A DNA stretch of 24,000 nucleotides. Origin: Promethearchaeota archaeon (GTDB lineage: Archaea; Asgardarchaeota; Lokiarchaeia; Sigyniarchaeales; SOKP01). The notes below the pieces were generated by a model. The model was given only the letters and a program-made list of their open reading frames with translations. It searched no databases and was not told the origin of the DNA. This document shows positions 18,059-24,000 of this stretch, piece after piece (positions within the stretch are counted from its first letter, which is position 1; each line of letters starts with the position of its first letter). The stretch lies in NCBI GenBank assembly GCA_004524535.1, contig SDNY01000009.1, positions 25,285 to 49,284 on the forward strand. The letters run 5' to 3'. A program made the position numbers and the translations under genes.

Positions 18059-19453
18059 ATGATTAAGCTTCAAAAACCAGTTAATGGGGAATTAGTAAGT
18101 CAAATTATTAGTTATTTAAAGAAGAAAGGAGAAATAAGAGCAACACTCCTTTCTAAATTAGAAAAACGATTTTGTGAATCTAAATCAGAGTTTAAAGTCA
18201 AAAAAGAGGATTTAATTTCTTGTTTACTTTTTATGATGAATGAGAGAATAGTTGAGATTATAATTCCAGAACCTTTCCAAATTAATTGGGAGGAACGATT
18301 TTTAAAAAATCTTAAATTTTTAAAGGACAGCGATTATCTTGTGAGGCAATTTTCGAATTTAAACGAAAACATATTTGATTCATATGAAAAAAATGCCTAT
18401 TTTTTCGATTCAAGATTATTAGATTTTAAAAATCGAGACGCTTCTTCGGAGGCCATAAAAAATTTAAAAGTTATAATTAAAAAAGTTCCTAAAATTAAGA
18501 GTAAGATAATTATTTATTATCCTCCTAGTAGTAAACCATTAAATATTTATGAGACATTTGAGGGGAATTACAATATAGAATTTCTGGATTTTAAAGTAAA
18601 TCCTGAATTTAATTTAAATCCTCTCCTTAAAATTGAAATTCCTTTAGACCAGCAAAAATCAGACTTGGCTATAATTCAGAGCTATAGAAAAAACTATATG
18701 TGTATGTATATCACATTAATTGAATCGATTCATAAAGCTATTATGAATGTTCAAAAAAAAAAAGAAAAATCTAAAAATTATAATGAAATTCTAAAAGATC
18801 TAATTAGAAAATTCGGTTATTATTGTTATATGTATGTAAGGTCCGATTGGATTGATGTTAAACCTAATCCTTATAGATGGGAATCATTTTTCGAATTTTT
18901 TGACCTTCCTTTTAAAATTATTGATCTTTCATTTAATAATATTAGATTTTATGGGAGAACATTTGAATTTTGGATAAGATTCAATTATTGTATATTTATT
19001 CAAAAAAAGTTTAAAAATATTATATTAAAATTAAAAGAATTAGGATTTGAAGAGTTTGAGAAAGAGAATTACGGAGATTATATTGCAATAGGTATGGATC
19101 ATGAAATCTATGAGGTATGTCCTTCAATTGAATATTTTTACTTTTTGAATAAATATATTTTTTTTTATCATTTATTTTATTTATTTTTCCACTCTTTTCC
19201 CTATATTGAGAAATTAAAACCTCAAGTTAAGTTTTCCGAAAAAGAACAAAAACTTTACAGAATATTTTTACCAGTAATGGAATCTATGTTAAATGTTCAA
19301 GAGAAGAGAATTATTAAAAAACTGATATTTAATTATTATACTTTCAATCCTAATGAATTAGAGATAATATACCATAAATTCTTATTAGATGAAGTTAAAT
19401 TTATAGAAAAAAAAATGTTTAATTACTTTTTAATCAGATATAGTAAATGTTAA
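18059..19453 (+). CDS. Hypothetical protein (464 aa)
   Basis: Long ORF with host-like composition; Lys/Phe/Tyr/Ile-rich with a short N-terminal helical region (VNGELVSQIISYLKKKGEIRATLLSKLEKRF) that could be winged-helix-like. No family recognised. Confidence 0.75.
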   Translation: MIKLQKPVNGELVSQIISYLKKKGEIRATLLSKLEKRFCESKSEFKVKKEDLISCLLFMMNERIVEIIIPEPFQINWEERFLKNLKFLKDSDYLVRQFSNLNENIFDSYEKNAYFFDSRLLDFKNRDASSEAIKNLKVIIKKVPKIKSKIIIYYPPSSKPLNIYETFEGNYNIEFLDFKVNPEFNLNPLLKIEIPLDQQKSDLAIIQSYRKNYMCMYITLIESIHKAIMNVQKKKEKSKNYNEILKDLIRKFGYYCYMYVRSDWIDVKPNPYRWESFFEFFDLPFKIIDLSFNNIRFYGRTFEFWIRFNYCIFIQKKFKNIILKLKELGFEEFEKENYGDYIAIGMDHEIYEVCPSIEYFYFLNKYIFFYHLFYLFFHSFPYIEKLKPQVKFSEKEQKLYRIFLPVMESMLNVQEKRIIKKLIFNYYTFNPNELEIIYHKFLLDEVKFIEKKMFNYFLIRYSKC

Positions 19454-19502
19454 AATTGAATTTATTCTGATTAAGGATTCCCACAAGATTCCCTCAATTA
19501 AT

Positions 19503-19518
19503 CGAAACATTTATATAT
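19503..19518 (+). promoter_or_regulatory. Putative BRE/TATA element upstream of the TFB gene
   Basis: CGAAACATTTATATAT: purine-rich BRE-like element immediately followed by TTTATATAT; the only strong-looking match between the stop at 19453 and the TFB start at 19676. Confidence 0.5.
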
Positions 19519-19675
19519 TCAAATTTTATAATATATTTGCTACATGGGTTATGATTAGTTTCAGTCATTTATTAGTTTTTAATTCTTAGGTTACTAGGGT
19601 TAGCTTTAAAGCATTATTTACGATGATTTGATATTATTAATAATTATTATTTGAACATTAAAAGAGGTTAATATA

Positions 19676-20563
19676 ATGGAAACAAAATCAGAAATAAATA
19701 GTTTATCAAATATATGTCCCGAATGCGGGGGCAAGATAATTTCACTTCAATCAAAGGGGGAGATTGTTTGTGGACAATGTGGTTTAGTGATAAGTGAACG
19801 ACTATTAGATATTTATCATAGTGGTAAAAGAGCGTTCACTAAACAAGAAAAAGAAAAGAGAGAAAGAACAGGATCTCCAATATCAATTTTATTACCAGAC
19901 ATGGGATTAAGTACAGTTATAGATAAAAATAATATTAAAAATCCTGATTTGAAAAGAGCGGCTAAATGGAATTCTCGAATGACATGGGATAAAAGAAATA
20001 TGTTAATTGCTACAACAGAATTAAAAAGAATTGGTAGTAATTTAAACCTTCCAGCTCACATTAAAAAGTCAGCTATACGGCTTTATAAAGAAGCATTTAA
20101 AAAGAAATTACTCAGAGGCAGATCTATTAATGGTATGGTAGCTGCGTGTTTATATTTTGCTTGTAGAGAGAAAAAAATCCCCAGAACACTTCAAGAAATT
20201 TTAGATGAAACGTCCGTAAATGCTAAAAATGTAAGAAGATGTTATAGAACTATAATTCGAGAATTAAATTTGAAAGTTCCCTCTACGGATCCAATTTCCC
20301 TTATTCCACGTTTTATAGCAGAATTAAATTTAGATGCCGAAGTTGAAAAAACAACAATAAACATTTTACAAACGTTTATATCAAATTATTCTACAAGTGG
20401 TAAAGATCCTAAAGGTTTATGTGCTGGGGCTTTATATTTAGTTTGTAAAGTTCGTAATAAGAGAATTTCTCAAAAAGAAATTGCGAATTTAGTAGGAGTT
20501 ACTGAAGTCACTCTTCGCTCTAGATATAAGGAATTAATAAAGAAACTAAATATTAGTATTTAA
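19676..20563 (+). CDS. tfb: Transcription initiation factor B (TFB/TFIIB)
   Basis: 295 aa; zinc ribbon CPECGGKIISLQSKGEIVCGQCGLV, then two cyclin-like repeats (CLYFACREKKIPRTLQEI...; GALYLVCKVRNKRISQKEIANLVGVTEVTLRSRYKEL). Start preceded by GAGGT. Confidence 0.97.
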   Translation: METKSEINSLSNICPECGGKIISLQSKGEIVCGQCGLVISERLLDIYHSGKRAFTKQEKEKRERTGSPISILLPDMGLSTVIDKNNIKNPDLKRAAKWNSRMTWDKRNMLIATTELKRIGSNLNLPAHIKKSAIRLYKEAFKKKLLRGRSINGMVAACLYFACREKKIPRTLQEILDETSVNAKNVRRCYRTIIRELNLKVPSTDPISLIPRFIAELNLDAEVEKTTINILQTFISNYSTSGKDPKGLCAGALYLVCKVRNKRISQKEIANLVGVTEVTLRSRYKELIKKLNISI

Positions 20564-20582
20564 AAAATTTATCTCCCTTTCC

Positions 20583-21164
20583 TTATTTTTCTTTTTGTAT
20601 TAACAGTTTTAAAAAATCAGGAAGTGTTAATAAATAACTTTGAGCATTTGGTAGCATTTTTATGATTTTAATAAATAATTGCGTATAATGATGAGCTCTT
20701 TCTTTTTGTTCTAAAACATCATTTCGAGTTTGCTCTCGAATTGTTTCTACTGGTATACCCTTCATGACTGCTCGAGCAGGAATTATTAATCCTGGTGGAA
20801 CTTGACTCTTATTTAAAATAACGGCTCCTTCTCCAATTGAACTTTCTTCAAAAATTATACTTCCTTCCATTATTTGAACATAATCTTCTAAGAATCCACC
20901 TAAGAGAGTAACACCTGACTCCAAGATGCAGTATCTCCCTATATGTATTGAACTTTTCTGTGAGCGTGTTAATAAAATAACGCCATCAAAAATAGTTGAG
21001 TATTCTCCTATATTAATTTGAGCTTTCTCTGCTCGGAGGATTGATCCGGGCCAAACAACCACATTATCAGCAACAATGATATCTCCTATGAGCGTACTCA
21101 TTGGACTCACATACGATTGAGGACTAATTTTAGGTTTCTTTCCATTATATTCTATCAATACCAT
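20583..21164 (-). CDS. Gamma-carbonic-anhydrase-like left-handed beta-helix (hexapeptide repeat) protein, apparently without the metal-binding His residues
   Basis: 193 aa; hexapeptide-like SPMSTLIGDIIVADNVVVWPGSILRAEKAQINIGEYSTIFDGVIL....IHIGRYCILESGVTLLGG...IGEGAVILNKSQVPPGLIIPARAVMKGIP. Confidence 0.85.
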   Translation of the reverse strand: MVLIEYNGKKPKISPQSYVSPMSTLIGDIIVADNVVVWPGSILRAEKAQINIGEYSTIFDGVILLTRSQKSSIHIGRYCILESGVTLLGGFLEDYVQIMEGSIIFEESSIGEGAVILNKSQVPPGLIIPARAVMKGIPVETIREQTRNDVLEQKERAHHYTQLFIKIIKMLPNAQSYLLTLPDFLKLLIQKEK

Positions 21165-21239
21165 AATTTTATCATACGTTTTAAAAATTTAAATCTTTAT
21201 TTTAAAGATCCTATTTCTATTTTTTACTCTTTTTTTAAA

Positions 21240-22061
21240 TTAACAAGTATGGAATGGATTTTTTGAGTCAAACCAAAAAAAATTATCATAAGGAAATTCT
21301 AAACTTAAATAGTTGTATAAATTTTTCATAGCAATAATTTCAGGATTATAATGTGAAATCTCTATTAAGTTTAAACCTATATCCCTTGCAAATACACCCT
21401 CACAATATTTATAATTTTCAGTAATATAACAATTACATCCCTCTTTTACGCTTTTTTTTAAATATTCAATATTTTGAACGTCCCCTCCAACTATACAAAT
21501 TTTTTTGATGATATTATTTAAATCACCTACATATGAAATATTAGGTATATTTAAATTAATTTTTATCCGTTTAATTAAATCTTTCAATTTAAAAGGGGCT
21601 TTTTGATTTGGATATTTTTGTGGTAAACAGATACGCCCTAAGGGGATTTTAATATCTTTTCCATTTTTAATATCAAAAGTTCTGTCTAATTTTAAATATA
21701 ACTTTTCCATGATTGTGTCTGAGATTCCTCCCTCTGCTGCTATAAATGAATAATCTAAAATGAAAATTGTAATTGGATATCTGGAGAGTAATGATAATTT
21801 ATTAATCAAATTACTATCAAATCTTTTTATAGTTTTATTAATTAAACCGTTATAAGAAATTATTAAATTAACTTTTTTTTTAATTGCGTAATGGATAGCC
21901 TCTAAACTTAGATCCAAAGTAATAACAACTTTTCTTATTAATTTATCTTCATTATTATCCCCGTATTGAATTCCATAAAGTTCAGGTCTTAAACTAAATG
22001 ATTTTGGAGATAATTTCTTTTCCAATAAAGCTACGATTTCTTTAAGAAACATAAGACGCAT
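21240..22061 (-). CDS. Nif3/DUF34 (YbgI-like) family protein with degenerate metal motifs
   Basis: 273 aa; LYGIQYGD....KVVITLDLSLEAIHYAIKKKVNLIISYNGLI....ITIFILDYSFIAAEGGISDTIMEKLYL....CIVGGDVQN...GCNCYITENYKY.....NLIEISHYNPE follows the Nif3 layout. Confidence 0.8.
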   Translation of the reverse strand: MRLMFLKEIVALLEKKLSPKSFSLRPELYGIQYGDNNEDKLIRKVVITLDLSLEAIHYAIKKKVNLIISYNGLINKTIKRFDSNLINKLSLLSRYPITIFILDYSFIAAEGGISDTIMEKLYLKLDRTFDIKNGKDIKIPLGRICLPQKYPNQKAPFKLKDLIKRIKINLNIPNISYVGDLNNIIKKICIVGGDVQNIEYLKKSVKEGCNCYITENYKYCEGVFARDIGLNLIEISHYNPEIIAMKNLYNYLSLEFPYDNFFWFDSKNPFHTC

Positions 22062-22191
22062 TTTTTAAATAGAATAATACATATTAAATTGTTAAAATTA
22101 AATAAAGATAAAGTCTGTTTAAATTTTTAAATTTTAAATAGTAAATATTGAAAATAATCAATTGAAAAATGATTTTTTAAAGTGTTAAAAA

Positions 22192-22605
22192 ATGAATGTT
22201 GAAGATTGTATATTTTGTAAAATTGTGAAGAAAGAAATTCCATCTAAAATCCTATATGAAAATGAAAAGAATTTAGCATTCTTAGATATTTTTCCAATAA
22301 ATGATGGTCATACCGTTGTTATTCCTAAAAATCATTATCAAAATATAGAGGACGCCCCTGAAGATGAAATTGTTGAACTTTTTAAAATTGTCAAAAATTT
22401 AGCAATTATGATTCATAGCAAACTAAAGATTGATGGATATAATATACTCCAAAATAATTTTGAAGCGGCTGGCCAAGTAATAAAACATCTTCATGTTCAT
22501 ATTATTCCAAGAAACAAAACTGATGAAAAATTTAAGCTTAAAATTCCTAGAAATCAAGCATCTGAAAAAAAACTCGACAGAATTTTAAATCTTTTAAAAA
22601 CTTAG
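22192..22605 (+). CDS. HIT family hydrolase
   Basis: 137 aa; CIFCKIVKKEIPSKILYENEKNLAFLDIFPINDGHTVVIPKNHYQN and the histidine triad HLHVHIIPR. Confidence 0.95.
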   Translation: MNVEDCIFCKIVKKEIPSKILYENEKNLAFLDIFPINDGHTVVIPKNHYQNIEDAPEDEIVELFKIVKNLAIMIHSKLKIDGYNILQNNFEAAGQVIKHLHVHIIPRNKTDEKFKLKIPRNQASEKKLDRILNLLKT

Positions 22606-22688
22606 TTTTTAATCATTTCTGATTTTGCTTCTTTTTTACATAAAAATGATTTTAGTTTAAATATTTTAAAGTAAAAATTAGGTTAGTT

Positions 22689-22901
22689 ATGAGAATAATC
22701 GAGTTTTTAAAAAAAATCGGAAGAAAGGTCAAAGAGTTTTTCAATGACGAATCAGGAGGAAATCTTGTAGAATATGCATTATTAATTGGATTTGCTTTAT
22801 TTATTTTTTTTATTTTGGTAGGTGTAATAATTGGGATGTTAGATTGGACTATCGGCCAATCTGATAGTTTTCTTGAAGCATCTGAAGGACTAGGGGACTA
22901 A
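22689..22901 (+). CDS. Flp/Fap-type (type IVb-like) pilin
   Basis: 70 aa; short basic leader, then DESGG-NLVEYALLIGFALFIFFILVGVIIGML. G^GNLVEY gives Glu at +5 and Tyr at +6 after the putative prepilin cleavage, as in Flp pilins. Confidence 0.8.
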   Translation: MRIIEFLKKIGRKVKEFFNDESGGNLVEYALLIGFALFIFFILVGVIIGMLDWTIGQSDSFLEASEGLGD

Positions 22902-22952
22902 ATAGGAATTAAATATATCCCTGAAATCTTTGTATTGTTTTCTTTTATTATT

Positions 22953-23369
22953 TTATCCTGATTTATTCTTTAGTTTTCTCTTTTTCCGTTTTAGATCTTT
23001 TACAATTTTATTATTATCAAATACAAAATTGTATTTTTCACCCCATTCATCAAGGTGATTCACAACATAATCCGTATCTAGATTTAAATGCTTTATAAAG
23101 ACATCAAAAGGTATATTATCAGCGTTTTTTAAATATTTTCTTATTTTTTCTTCAATTACTATCTGGTCTGGAGGTTTAATTTTTCTTTTTCTTGCTCTTA
23201 ATTTTTCTAAAAATAAATCATTTTTACTATTATTAAAGAAATGTTGAACTATATTGCTAATTACTTGAGCCTTAGTTGTTCCATAAACATCAATTAATTC
23301 CTCAACTAAATCCATATAACTCTTTTCAAGGGTTACATGTGTTCTAGCTGTTTCAGTCATGATTTCCAA
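22953..23369 (-). CDS. Ribbon-helix-helix (CopG/MetJ-like) regulator with C-terminal extension
   Basis: 138 aa; TRTHVTLEKSYMDLVEELIDVYGTTKAQVISNIVQHFFNN fits beta-helix-helix. Confidence 0.7.
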   Translation of the reverse strand: MEIMTETARTHVTLEKSYMDLVEELIDVYGTTKAQVISNIVQHFFNNSKNDLFLEKLRARKRKIKPPDQIVIEEKIRKYLKNADNIPFDVFIKHLNLDTDYVVNHLDEWGEKYNFVFDNNKIVKDLKRKKRKLKNKSG

Positions 23370-23566
23370 TAGGTTAAAATTTTTGAGTCATCTTAATATA
23401 AAAAATATAGTCATATAAATCTTTGTGCTTTGATGTGATAATAATGTACAAATAAGCACATTTAAATATAAATCTTTTCAATATTAAATTAAGAACAAGA
23501 TTAAATGTTCACAAATTATAATGTCGAAAATTTGTCGATTTTAAATAATTAATGGAGGAATAAATA

Positions 23567-23818
23567 ATGGCTAATGATATAATTAGGGAGAATTATTTTA
23601 ATACAGAGGTTATAATATCCCCAACCCAAAATAATTTAATGAAGATTTTACAAATAAATGGACCAATGATACGAAGAGATTTAGTAAATCAATTGAAAAT
23701 AGCTAGGACTACTATATATGATAACTTAGTTAAATTACAAAAACGAAAAGTGATTGAAAAATTTACCAGGAATGATGGAAAAAGAGGTAGACCTTTAGTA
23801 TTTTGGAAAATAAAATAA
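23567..23818 (+). CDS. Small winged helix-turn-helix transcriptional regulator
   Basis: 83 aa; LMKILQINGPMIRRDLVNQLKIARTTIYDNLVKLQKRKVIEKFTRNDGKRGRPLVFWKI (HTH plus wing); GGAGG Shine-Dalgarno before ATG. Confidence 0.85.
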   Translation: MANDIIRENYFNTEVIISPTQNNLMKILQINGPMIRRDLVNQLKIARTTIYDNLVKLQKRKVIEKFTRNDGKRGRPLVFWKIK

Positions 23819-24000
23819 ATATTTTTTAATTATTTCTTTTTTATTTAATTTGATAATTTTTAATTTACCTTCATCGACAAAAATATTTATAGTTATTGGA
23901 ATTTAGATTAAATCACGCTTTTCTTAAACAATAAACTTAAATTCGCCTAAATCTCTATTTTAATTAATAAACTAATTAAATTTAAAGGAGGAATGATATG

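Noticed and set aside
23981-24000. Possible new gene start at the window edge (AAAGGAGGAATGATATG)
   Set aside because: A strong Shine-Dalgarno-like sequence suggests a gene begins here, but no coding sequence is available in the window to support a call.
1-24000. CRISPR arrays, transposases/IS elements, or a recognised defence or toxin-antitoxin system
   Set aside because: None seen: no regularly spaced repeats, no transposase or integrase motifs, and the RHH and wHTH genes are divergent regulators with no toxin-like partner.

Overview
AT-rich archaeal window. Archaeal markers are TFB, an archaeal-type TGT, an aTrm5-like enzyme and an intron-containing tRNA. A small Roadblock/LC7 protein suggests an Asgard/Promethearchaeota lineage, but that is inference. 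Recognisable content: 5' part of a TrpB2-type tryptophan synthase beta gene (minus strand), Roadblock/LC7 protein, PD-(D/E)XK-like protein, tRNA-Arg(TCT), a minus-strand translation cluster (trm5 - DUF371 - tgtA - Fap7-like kinase, plus an upstream tRNA-Ile(GAT) with a 27-nt intron), two adjacent paralogous B12-binding-type radical SAM proteins, TFB, a gamma-carbonic-anhydrase-fold protein and a Nif3/DUF34-fold protein that both lack canonical metal-binding motifs, a HIT protein, a Flp-type pilin and divergent RHH and winged-helix regulators. The best candidate for something undescribed is the tandem pair of very large, predominantly helical ORFs at 1697-6402, which overlap by 19 nt and are followed by a small two-TM protein. 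I recognise no family in either. No CRISPR array, transposon or recognised defence system was found.
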